A stretch of 50,920 nucleotides of DNA from Anaerolineae bacterium. Lineage in GTDB: Bacteria; Chloroflexota; Anaerolineae; B4-G1; DUEL01. The stretch is from the NCBI GenBank assembly GCA_025060135.1, contig JANXCY010000015.1:1-50920 (forward strand), read 5' to 3'. The notes beneath the pieces are model-generated. The model had not been told where the DNA came from and did not search any database. It was given only the letters and a program-made list of their open reading frames with translations. Both the position numbers and the translations under genes were made by a program. Shown one piece after another: positions 42,824-50,920 of this stretch; the stretch's first letter is position 1, and each line of letters starts with the position of its first letter.

Positions 42824-44896
42824 CTACGGAATCCGGAGTTCTGGATACGGTGGACGGGGATGGAAAACGCCTCGCAGGGTGGAGATAAAGGACTGCCGGG
42901 CCAGGTTCAGTTCCTCCATCGTGATGGGGCATTCGTCCAGTTGACCCGTACGCAGGGCCTGGGCGAACACTTCCTCCACCACCCCGACCAGTTCCTCCGG
43001 CGTGGTAGGGCGGCGGGCCCGCACGGTGGCCTCACAGCGGTCCGCCAACATCACCAGCGCCGTTTCCCGGCTGCGGGGACGCGGGCCCCGATGGCGAAAA
43101 TCCGCCTCGTTGACCCATGCGGGGTTGCCCGCATGCTCCAACGCCCGCTCGTACTGGAATCCTGCGCGGCTGGTCCCGTGGTGCTCAGCGATGAAAGCCC
43201 GAATCCAGGCGGGCAGATGGTAGCGGCGAGCCAGTTCCAGCCCATCCTGGACGTGGCCGATGATCACCTGAGCGCTGGTGTGTGGGTCTAACCGATCGTG
43301 AGGGTTGGTACCCTCCAGTTGGTTTTCTGCAAAGAAATAGGGACGGGCGATTTTGCCGACGTCGTGATAATAGGCCCCCACCCGCACCAGCAGGGGGTTG
43401 AGGCCGATCTGTTCGGCAGCCTGTTCGGCCATACTGGCAACCATCAGGGAGTGGTGGTAGGTACCTGGCGCTTCCCGTAATAGCCGCTGGAGCAGTGGCT
43501 GGTCCGGGCGGCTCAGCTCCAGGAGCCGGAAGGTGGTGGGCAGGTCAAACAGAGGGCCCAGGAGAAAAAGGCCGGCCAGGGCCAGGCTGGCGGAGGTGAG
43601 CCCGTTGGCGATGGTCCCCGCCATGGCCAGCCCCAGCGAAAGGAGGTCAGGGTGCGGGGCGAAGAGGGCAAAAGCGACCATCGTCGCGAGCATCGTCAGC
43701 GCCACCATCATTCCGGCGCGGAAGAAAACGGCCGGGCGGTCGCTCTGACGCACGGCCAGCGTGGCTGCGATGCTCCCGAGGGCCCCAGCGGTGAGGAATT
43801 CCAGAGAACGGTCCGCCAGCAGGCCAGCCACCCCTCCGATGAAGATACCGGCGACCAGGCCCGCCGGTGCACCCAGGGTGCCAGTTGCCAGCATCGCCAG
43901 CGCTGGGGCCGGAAACATATACCGCAAAACGGTCCGGTCGGGCACCATCAGCCGGGCCAGGGCCAGGAAGAGGAGTATCAGCAGCACCAGCAGAAGCGCT
44001 TTACGTCCCTCTCGCAACACGTCTGGCTGGAAGCGAGCCAGGAGACCGCCGAGCATCAGGACACTCAGGATGGAGAGGACGCCGTTTCCAGCCAGTTCGG
44101 TCCACCGGGTGCGGGATTGCTGGAGTCCCAGTTCCTGCAGCGCTTCTAAGTCCAGTGCGCTGACCCGCTGCCCTTCCCGAACGATGATTTCGTTGGCCTC
44201 CAGGGTTCGGACAACCGGCGGGACGGCCTCCCGGGCGGCCTGACGGGCCTGCCGGGTGGCTTCCTCGTCGTAGAACGAATTGGGGACGATAAGCCGCTGG
44301 GCCAGGGCAGTGGTAACCGCAGCCTCATCAGCGGAAAGGTCCAGCCCAACCCGCTCGGCGGCCTGCCGGCGCGCCGAATCCAGGTCGTCTTCCCGCACTC
44401 CCCGGCGCATCGTCTCCGCGATGACGTTGAGGACTTCCAGTTGCACCCGGTTCCAGGATTCGTCGGAGAGAGCCGGAAGCAGGTCGGCGACAGCGGGAGG
44501 AAGGCCCTGGAGTTCCGGTACCGCGAGCGTCCAGGCCCGCCGCTGGGCGGGCGTGGCAAAGGGGTCGGCCCGGACCGCGCCCAGGTAGTCCAGGACCTGG
44601 CGCGCGCGCTCCAGTTGCTGCCGGGCCAGGTTCGGGTCCGGCGCCGTATAGACTGGAGGGACAGCGGCTTCTGCCTGCTGTTGCTGTTCGGCGGTGCGGA
44701 TCGCGCTCTCGTAGGTGATGCGGCGCGGGGCGCGGATGTCCTGGGGTGCCACATCGCCGACTTCCAGCACCACGCGGCCGGAGGGAAGCAGAGGAACAGA
44801 GAGAAAGAAGGTGCTGGCGATGACCAGCAGGAAAGCGAGAACCGCCAGCCGTACCCAGAACCACCAGGGTTGCTCGCCCAGGAATGTCCTCTTCAT
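42824..44896 (-). CDS. 7TM-receptor-linked HD phosphohydrolase (7TMR-HDED + 7TM + HD domain; PgpH-like)
   Basis: Extracellular N-domain, 7 TM helices, HD motif HHSLMVA...YHDVGK. Confidence 0.8.
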   Translation of the reverse strand: MKRTFLGEQPWWFWVRLAVLAFLLVIASTFFLSVPLLPSGRVVLEVGDVAPQDIRAPRRITYESAIRTAEQQQQAEAAVPPVYTAPDPNLARQQLERARQVLDYLGAVRADPFATPAQRRAWTLAVPELQGLPPAVADLLPALSDESWNRVQLEVLNVIAETMRRGVREDDLDSARRQAAERVGLDLSADEAAVTTALAQRLIVPNSFYDEEATRQARQAAREAVPPVVRTLEANEIIVREGQRVSALDLEALQELGLQQSRTRWTELAGNGVLSILSVLMLGGLLARFQPDVLREGRKALLLVLLILLFLALARLMVPDRTVLRYMFPAPALAMLATGTLGAPAGLVAGIFIGGVAGLLADRSLEFLTAGALGSIAATLAVRQSDRPAVFFRAGMMVALTMLATMVAFALFAPHPDLLSLGLAMAGTIANGLTSASLALAGLFLLGPLFDLPTTFRLLELSRPDQPLLQRLLREAPGTYHHSLMVASMAEQAAEQIGLNPLLVRVGAYYHDVGKIARPYFFAENQLEGTNPHDRLDPHTSAQVIIGHVQDGLELARRYHLPAWIRAFIAEHHGTSRAGFQYERALEHAGNPAWVNEADFRHRGPRPRSRETALVMLADRCEATVRARRPTTPEELVGVVEEVFAQALRTGQLDECPITMEELNLARQSFISTLRGVFHPRPPYPELRIP

Positions 44897-44901
44897 CGTT
44901 G

Positions 44902-45480
44902 TTACGGAGCAAAGAAAACCATGCCCACGTCCATCTGCTCCAGAGCCTCTTCGGCGTAGCAGGCGACCAGCGCGCTGGGGTCGTCCAGTGCGGCACAGAG
45001 GGCAGGGATGGCCTCTGCGGGCCGGATGATGCCCAGGGCGCGGGCCGCACCGGCCCGGACAGCCACGTCAGGGCTCCCCAGGGCAGCGATCAGGGCAGGG
45101 ACAGCGGGTGCTCCCATGCGGGCCAGCGCGTCGGCGGCCAGCCGGGCCACGTACGCGGAGGGATCGGAGAGACGGGCTACCAGCGGCTCCACCGCTTCCG
45201 GCGGGCGCCATTCGGCCAGGGCGACGACCGCGCAGGCCCGGACGTCCGGGTCGGGGTCGTCCAGCGCGGCGATGAGCCCCGCCACAGCCCGAGGAGTACC
45301 CACAGCCGCCAGGGCCCGGACGGCCCACCAACGGCGGTCCCGGTCCGAGGATGCCCGCCAGACCTCCAGAACGGGCAGGCTCGTATCGCCCAATGCCCCC
45401 ATCTGGCGGGCGGCTTCCTCCGCCCGGAGGTCATCGCCCGCCACGATCGCCTCTTCCAGTGCGCGCAGCAGTTCGTGCAT
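44902..45480 (-). CDS. HEAT/PBS-lyase-like repeat protein
   Basis: Repeated AxxALGxIgdpxAvpaLiaaL DPDxxVR units. Confidence 0.7.
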   Translation of the reverse strand: MHELLRALEEAIVAGDDLRAEEAARQMGALGDTSLPVLEVWRASSDRDRRWWAVRALAAVGTPRAVAGLIAALDDPDPDVRACAVVALAEWRPPEAVEPLVARLSDPSAYVARLAADALARMGAPAVPALIAALGSPDVAVRAGAARALGIIRPAEAIPALCAALDDPSALVACYAEEALEQMDVGMVFFAP

Positions 45481-45528
45481 CCGATGAGAACATGCAGGGG
45501 GAGCACAGACTGCCCAGCCTGCAATGCG

Positions 45529-46074
45529 TCATTTAGACCGGAGAGTCTTTCCCTCCAATCCCAACGGTGTAACTCCTGAAACTTCGCTGCCGGGGTTCCC
45601 CGCCAGCGGTACCCCGATGGTCTGCAGCGCTATCTCGTCCTCCGGCGGGGCAGGCAAGTGGATGAGGTGACCTGGGCAACGGCAATCCGATGCACCGAAC
45701 CCCGGGATAAGCCGGGAGGCCCCGGGCATTCGGGCCAATGTGGCCGCCCAGAGGCATTCCCGGCGCTCTGTCCCCACCGCCCACCAGGCTGCCACCGGAC
45801 GGGCGACCGGTAACAGGAAATCCACGTGCCAGCGGAGGGGTCTGGGATACCGCTGATGACGGGCCAGTCGGGCTGCCAGACCGCCTGCCCCGCGCGCGCT
45901 TCCCACATAGGCCAGCCAGCCGGGCAGGAGGTCAAACTCCCCCCGGCACCCTACCCGGACCCGCTGCGGCTCCTCCACCACCAACCACAGGATGTATGTA
46001 CCGGGCAGCGAAGGGATAATACCGGTCCCGGTTAAGCCGTCTGTCGTTCCTGTTCCTTTCCCACTCGTCGCCAC
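45529..46074 (-). CDS. GIY-YIG superfamily protein (DUF123-like)
   Basis: GTYILWLVV...GWLAYVGSARGAG...RLARHQRY pattern. GTG start. Confidence 0.55.
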   Translation of the reverse strand: MATSGKGTGTTDGLTGTGIIPSLPGTYILWLVVEEPQRVRVGCRGEFDLLPGWLAYVGSARGAGGLAARLARHQRYPRPLRWHVDFLLPVARPVAAWWAVGTERRECLWAATLARMPGASRLIPGFGASDCRCPGHLIHLPAPPEDEIALQTIGVPLAGNPGSEVSGVTPLGLEGKTLRSK

Positions 46075-46283
46075 CAGAGCGCTCCGGCCCCCCAGGCGGC
46101 CGCCCCTCCCAGCACCACCAGCGCCAGACCCACCAGGTCCATCACACAGAGGGCATGGTACGCGTCCAGGACGTACAGCGCCGCCCCTTCGTAGGGTCCG
46201 GGCAAGGCCAGCACAAACAGACCCGCCAGAAGACCTACGAAGCCCACAGCGGCCAGAACGGATACCCGCCAGTCCCTCATCCT
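46032..46283 (-). CDS. Small two-TM membrane protein (hypothetical)
   Basis: MRDWRVSVLAAVGFVGLLAGLFVLAL...LVGLALVVLGGAAAWGAG. Overlaps the downstream gene by ~43 nt. Weak call. Confidence 0.3.
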   Translation of the reverse strand, partial: RMRDWRVSVLAAVGFVGLLAGLFVLALPGPYEGAALYVLDAYHALCVMDLVGLALVVLGGAAAWGAGALWWRRVGKEQERQTA

Positions 46284-46308
46284 GTAGCGCGCCGTTGGCG
46301 CCAGCCCC

Positions 46309-46554
46309 CTACGATTCCGGAGGCGGCACCGGCAGGTCTTCCACCGCGACGGCGATCCACTTATTCCCTTCCTCAATCAGCATCACCGGGATGTCGTCGC
46401 GGATGGGGTACTTACGGCCACAATCCGGCTCCTGGCAAACGAGCCAGCAGCCATGCACCAGTTCCAGGCGCCCCGGGTCATCCCCGGGCTTGCGGGTCTC
46501 CCCGCTCACACAATAGGGACAGCGAAGAATGGCCAGCAGTTCCGGGTCTACCAT
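46309..46554 (-). CDS. Trm112-like (DUF343) small zinc-ribbon protein
   Basis: LLAILRCPYC...LVCQEPDCGRKYPIRDDIPVML. Start at the second ATG after AAGGAGG. Confidence 0.7.
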   Translation of the reverse strand: MVDPELLAILRCPYCVSGETRKPGDDPGRLELVHGCWLVCQEPDCGRKYPIRDDIPVMLIEEGNKWIAVAVEDLPVPPPES

Positions 46555-46621
46555 ACTGCCTCCTTGCATTTTGGGGTGGCATCATCATACACCAAACATG
46601 GAAAAACCGCCAGTCTCCCGA

Positions 46622-46649
46622 TTGTTTCTTTCGCCAGGCGCGCTATAAT
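46622..46649 (+). promoter_or_regulatory. Candidate promoter TTGTTT-16 nt-TATAAT for the pseudouridine synthase gene
   Basis: Read directly. Divergent from the Trm112 gene. Confidence 0.4.
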
Positions 46650-46699
46650 TGGAGATGACCGTAAGCGGCCAGCAAATCTGTGATACGGGGCATCGCCCG

Positions 46700-47425
46700 A
46701 TGGAAGAGCGACTACAGAAGGTCCTGGCCCGGGCCGGATGGGGTGCCCGACGGACCTGCGAGGACCTCATCCGGCAGGGTCGGGTAACCGTCAACGGCCA
46801 GGTGGCCCAACTGGGGCAGAAGGTGGACCCCCAGCGGGACCGGATTGAGGTGGATGGTCAACCGATTCGGCTCCCGCGCACCTTTACCTACATCGCCCTG
46901 CACAAGCCGCCGGGCGTCCTCTCCGATGAGGGAGATGGTTCCGGCCGCTGTCCCACCGTCCTAGACCTGGTCCGGCACCCGGCGCACCTCTTTCCAGCCG
47001 GACGGCTGGACCTGCGCAGCGAAGGGCTGGTTCTCCTCACCGACGACGGCGACCTGGCACTGCGGCTCACCCACCCCCGCTTTGGCCACGAAAAGGAATA
47101 CCATGTCCTGGTGGAGGGCCGCCCCAGTGCGAGGACGCTGGAGCAATGGCGGCAGGGGGTAGAACTGGATGGGAAGACCACCGCTCCCGCCCAGGTGGAG
47201 ATCCTGCGGACGGAGGGGGAGCGAACCTGGCTGCGGGTAGTGTTGCGGGAGGGGCGTAAGCGCCAGATTCGGCGAGTGGCCGCCCGCCTGGGCCACCCGG
47301 TGGTGCGGCTGATTCGGGTGCGTATCGGTCCGATTCACCTGGGCAACCTTCCCCCAGGCCAATGGCGACCTCTCACCCCCGCCGAGGTGCGGGCGCTCCG
47401 GAGGAGCACAGACCGGCCCCGGTAA
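46700..47425 (+). CDS. RsuA/RluB-family pseudouridine synthase (S4 + PseudoU_synth_2)
   Basis: MEERLQKVLARAG S4 start, GRLD catalytic Asp motif. Confidence 0.8.
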   Translation: MEERLQKVLARAGWGARRTCEDLIRQGRVTVNGQVAQLGQKVDPQRDRIEVDGQPIRLPRTFTYIALHKPPGVLSDEGDGSGRCPTVLDLVRHPAHLFPAGRLDLRSEGLVLLTDDGDLALRLTHPRFGHEKEYHVLVEGRPSARTLEQWRQGVELDGKTTAPAQVEILRTEGERTWLRVVLREGRKRQIRRVAARLGHPVVRLIRVRIGPIHLGNLPPGQWRPLTPAEVRALRRSTDRPR

Positions 47426-47464
47426 CGCGAATCCCGTTGGATTTTCGTGTTCCCTGCCTTCTTG

Positions 47465-47470
47465 TATAAT
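47465..47470 (+). promoter_or_regulatory. -10 TATAAT in an AT-rich leader upstream of ileS
   Basis: cttgtataat. -35 weak. GAGGAGG RBS at 47495-47501. Confidence 0.35.
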
Positions 47471-47506
47471 ATAGTATCCGCAGCCATCTTTCCAGAGGAG
47501 GTCGTG

Positions 47507-50500
47507 ATGTTCCAACCCGTCCCGTCCAAAGTGGATTTCGTCCAGCAGGAGCACCAGATTCTGGACTTCTGGAAACAGACCCGCGCTTTCCAGAAACTGG
47601 TAGAACTTCGCAAGAACGGTCCCCGGTGGTCCTTTACGGATGGGCCCATCACGGCTAACAACCCGATGGGCGTCCATCACGGCTGGGGCCGGACGTACAA
47701 AGACCTCTTCCACCGCTTCTGGGCCATGAAGGGCTACCAGACCCGCTATCAAAACGGCTTTGACTGCCAGGGGCTCTGGGTAGAGGTGGAGGTGGAGAAA
47801 GAACTGGGTTTCCGCTCCAAGCGGGATATTGAGAACTACGGGATCGAGCGCTTCGTCCGCAAGTGCAAAGAACGCGTCCTGCGCTTCGCCGCCGTCCAGA
47901 CCGAACAGTCCATCCGTCTGGGCTACTGGATGGACTGGAACGACCCGGAGTTCCTGCGAGACCTGGCCCGCCGGATCATGGAAAATCCCCAGGAGGTCAT
48001 CACCGTGCCCGGCCCCTACGGCCCGGTAACCGATACGGTGGAACAGATTGTGGGACGGCTGGGCATGCCCGAACTGGGGGGCTCCTACTTCACCTTCTCC
48101 AACGAGAACAACTACATGATCTGGACCTTCCTGAAGCGGTGCTGGGAGCGGGGCTGGCTCTACAAGGGGACCGATGTGATGCCCTGGTGCCCCCGCTGCG
48201 CCACTGGTATCAGCCAGCACGAGATTGTTACCGAGGGCTATCAGGAACGGACCCACCCGGGCGTTACCCTGCGTTTCCCCCTGCGCGGCCGTCCGGGGGA
48301 AAGCCTGCTAATCTGGACCACCACTCCCTGGACCCTCACCAGCAACGTCGCGGCCGCTGTTGGCCCCGACCTGACCTACGTCAAAGTCCGCCAGGGCGAC
48401 GAAATCTTCTACCTCTCCAAAAGTACCCTCACCATCCTTCAGGGCCCGTACCAAGTGCTGGAGGAGATGAAGGGCAAGGCGCTGGAAGGTTGGACGTATG
48501 AGGGCCCCTTTGACGAACTCCCGGCCCAGCAAGCGGCGGGCGGCCCCCAGGCCCATCGAGTCATCCTCTGGAACGAAGTCGGGGAGGCGGAGGGCACAGG
48601 TATTGTCCACATCGCCCCCGGCTGTGGCGCGGAGGACTTCGCCCTGGGCAAACAGTATGGCCTGCCGGCTATCGCCCCGCTGGACGAAGAAGGGACCTTT
48701 GTGGACGGGTTTGGCTTCCTGACCGGGACCGCCGTCTCCGAGAGCGCCGAACGGGTCTTCGCGAGCCTGCGGCAGAAAGGCCTGTTCTATCGGGTGGACG
48801 ATTACACCCACCGCTATCCTGTCTGCTGGCGCTGCGGGACGGAACTGGTCTTCCGGCTGGTGGACGAGTGGTTCATCTCTATGGACGAACTCCGCTACGA
48901 CATCATGGAGGTTACCCGACAGATTCGGTGGATTCCGGAGTTCGGCCTGGACCGGGAACTGGACTGGCTGCGCAACATGCACGACTGGATGATCAGCAAG
49001 AAGCGCTACTGGGGCTTGGCGCTGCCCATCTGGGAGTGTAAATCGTGCGGCCACTTTGAGGTGATCGGGGACGAGCACGAACTGAAGGCACGGGCCATTG
49101 CGGGTTGGGAGGTCTTTGAGGGCCATACCCCCCATCGCCCCTGGGTGGACGCAGTCCGCATCGCCTGCTCCCGGTGTGGCGCGGAAGTCTCCCGCATCCC
49201 CGACGTCGGCAACCCCTGGCTGGATGCGGGCATCGTCAGTTTCAGCACGCTCCGCTACCGCACCGACCGCGACTACTGGCGCCAGTGGTATCCTGCGGAC
49301 TTCATCACCGAATCCTTCCCCGGCCAGTTCCGCAATTGGTTCTACAGCCTGCTGGCGATGGCGACCGTCCTGGAAAAATCTCCGCCCTTCAGGGTCTGCT
49401 TCGGCTATGCGACGCTGCTGGCAGAGGACGGGCGGCCCATGCACAAGTCCTGGGGCAACGCCATTGAGTTCAACGACGCCGCCGACCAGATGGGCGTGGA
49501 CGTGATGCGCTGGCTCTACTGCCGCCAGAAGCCCGACGCTGACCTGCTCTTTGGGTACGGGAAAGCGAACGAGGTCCGGCGCCGGTTCATCCTGCCCCTC
49601 TGGAACGCTTACGTTTTCTTCGTCACTTATGCACGGTTGGACGAATGGACGCCAAGGGGCACAAATTTCAATTTGCGCTACAACCTGCTGGACCGCTGGA
49701 TTCGGGCCCGGCTGCACCAGGTGGTGGCAAAGGTAACGGATCGGCTGAACGACTACGACGCCTACGGCGCGACGCTGGCTTTGGAGTCCTTCCTGGAGGA
49801 CCTGACCGACTGGTACATCCGCCGGAGCCGCCGCCGCTTCTGGAAGAGCGAGCGCGACGAGGACAAAAACGCGGCCTACGCGACTCTCTACGAAGTCCTG
49901 ACCACCCTCTGTCGGCTTCTGGCGCCCTTCCTCCCCTTTGTGACGGAAGCGATGTACCAGAACCTGGTCCGCTCCGTGGACCCGGAGGCGCCGGAGAGTG
50001 TCCATCATACCCTCTGGCCCCAGGCCGACCTGGCGGCGGTGGACGAGGACCTGCTGGCCCGGATGGACCTGGCTCGGGCGGTGGTCTCGCTGGGGCACGC
50101 GGCCCGCAACAGCGCCAATATCAAACTCCGTCAGCCGCTGGCCCGCGCGCTGGTCCACCTGGACCCCTCACTGGGAACGCTGGAAGAGGAGTTGTGGGCC
50201 CTGGTCCAGGACGAGTTGAACGTCAAGGAGGTAGTGCAGGTCGCGCAGGCTGAACGCCTGCTCTCCTACCAGGTTCTGCCCAACAGCCCGTTACTGGGCC
50301 CCCGCTTTGGCGCGCGCTTCCCAGCGATACGGGCCGCGCTGGCCGCGCAGGACCCGACCGCTGTGGCGCGGCGGGTGCGGGCCGGGCTCCCCGTCCATCT
50401 GACCGTGGATGGCGAGGAGGTGAAACTAGCGCCGGAGGAGGTGCTGGTCCAGGAGCAGCCGAAGGAGGGCCTGGCGGTGGCCTCGGAGCGCGGGGTGACC

Positions 50501-50794
50501 GTCGCAGTGGATATCGCCATCACGCCTGAACTGCGGGCGGAGGGGCTGGCACGGGAGGTGGTGCGGCGGGTCCAGAACCTGCGCAGAGACGCGGGCTTTG
50601 AACTGGACGACCGTATTGTAACAGTCTACCAGGCCGAAGGCGAACTCGCGGAGGCCATCGCGGCCTGGCGGGACTACATTGCCGGGGAGACGTTGAGCGG
50701 GGAGTTGCGGGCCGGGGAGCCAGAGCCCGAGATGGCCGTTGCGGAGGACCGGGTGGACGGCTACGTCCTCCGGCTGGGAGTTCGCCGGATGTAG
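47507..50794 (+). CDS. ileS: Isoleucine--tRNA ligase, type 2
   Basis: N-terminus aligns with Thermus-type IleRS (GPRWSFTDGPITAN...RTYKDLF...MKGY). CP1 zinc knuckles, DWMISKKRYWGLALPIW. Class-I motifs read as GVHHGW and PMHKSW rather than HIGH/KMSKS. Confidence 0.8.
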   Translation: MFQPVPSKVDFVQQEHQILDFWKQTRAFQKLVELRKNGPRWSFTDGPITANNPMGVHHGWGRTYKDLFHRFWAMKGYQTRYQNGFDCQGLWVEVEVEKELGFRSKRDIENYGIERFVRKCKERVLRFAAVQTEQSIRLGYWMDWNDPEFLRDLARRIMENPQEVITVPGPYGPVTDTVEQIVGRLGMPELGGSYFTFSNENNYMIWTFLKRCWERGWLYKGTDVMPWCPRCATGISQHEIVTEGYQERTHPGVTLRFPLRGRPGESLLIWTTTPWTLTSNVAAAVGPDLTYVKVRQGDEIFYLSKSTLTILQGPYQVLEEMKGKALEGWTYEGPFDELPAQQAAGGPQAHRVILWNEVGEAEGTGIVHIAPGCGAEDFALGKQYGLPAIAPLDEEGTFVDGFGFLTGTAVSESAERVFASLRQKGLFYRVDDYTHRYPVCWRCGTELVFRLVDEWFISMDELRYDIMEVTRQIRWIPEFGLDRELDWLRNMHDWMISKKRYWGLALPIWECKSCGHFEVIGDEHELKARAIAGWEVFEGHTPHRPWVDAVRIACSRCGAEVSRIPDVGNPWLDAGIVSFSTLRYRTDRDYWRQWYPADFITESFPGQFRNWFYSLLAMATVLEKSPPFRVCFGYATLLAEDGRPMHKSWGNAIEFNDAADQMGVDVMRWLYCRQKPDADLLFGYGKANEVRRRFILPLWNAYVFFVTYARLDEWTPRGTNFNLRYNLLDRWIRARLHQVVAKVTDRLNDYDAYGATLALESFLEDLTDWYIRRSRRRFWKSERDEDKNAAYATLYEVLTTLCRLLAPFLPFVTEAMYQNLVRSVDPEAPESVHHTLWPQADLAAVDEDLLARMDLARAVVSLGHAARNSANIKLRQPLARALVHLDPSLGTLEEELWALVQDELNVKEVVQVAQAERLLSYQVLPNSPLLGPRFGARFPAIRAALAAQDPTAVARRVRAGLPVHLTVDGEEVKLAPEEVLVQEQPKEGLAVASERGVTVAVDIAITPELRAEGLAREVVRRVQNLRRDAGFELDDRIVTVYQAEGELAEAIAAWRDYIAGETLSGELRAGEPEPEMAVAEDRVDGYVLRLGVRRM

Positions 50795-50920
50795 TGGCCG
50801 GAATAGCGGGGGGCCCCCCCAAGCGGGGCCCCCCCCCCGACCCCCACACCCCCACCCCGGGGTTTTGGGGCCACCCCAAAAAACCCCCCAAAACACCCCA
50901 AAACCGGCCCCGCGGGGAAA
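50795..50920. other. Low-complexity homopolymer-rich G/C and A/C tract at the window end
   Basis: gcggggggccccccc...ccaaaaaaccccccaaaacacccc. Resembles degraded sequence at a contig end. Could contain a GC hairpin terminator for ileS. Confidence 0.4.

Overview
This is a high-GC (about 63-66%) bacterial chromosomal segment, probably Chloroflexi-like. The evidence is a CSLREA-type beta-helix protein, a type-2 IleRS, a 7TM-HD phosphohydrolase and Pro/Thr linkers. It is densely coded, with many 4-nt ATGA start/stop overlaps. Housekeeping core: sirtuin cobB, a GAF/PAS hybrid histidine kinase, prmC, mreB, F1 ATP synthase genes atpA-atpG-atpD-atpC, a nearly complete his operon (hisZ-G-D-B-H-A-F-IE), tandem trkA paralogs, pseudouridine synthase and ileS. 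Accessory or unusual content: (i) a cassette of two giant secreted multidomain proteins, one CBM2-VWA-DUF11-TSP3 and one CSLREA/beta-helix-TSP3. They share Ca-binding Asp-rich repeats and a conserved, unassigned C-terminal W-x-R-[VI]-Y-L-P-L-V-[IL]-R tail, and are bracketed by two paralogous orphan OmpR-type response regulators. (ii) A lower-GC CHAT (caspase-like) protease fused to 7 WD40 repeats inserted between atpG and atpD, preceded by a truncated minimal-nucleotidyltransferase ORF coupled to the atpG stop. (iii) A heavily deleted propionyl-CoA carboxylase beta (pccB-like) pseudogene. (iv) A family of REP-like CAGGCC...GGCCTG hairpin elements in many intergenic gaps, plus a separate hairpin-dense composite repeat array at 492-880. 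(v) Tandem SPFH/flotillin-like membrane proteins in an mreB-GT2 cluster. No transposase, integrase, CRISPR array, rRNA or tRNA was recognised. The last ~125 nt look like low-quality homopolymer sequence. All coordinates are read by eye from the numbered sequence and are ±2 nt.
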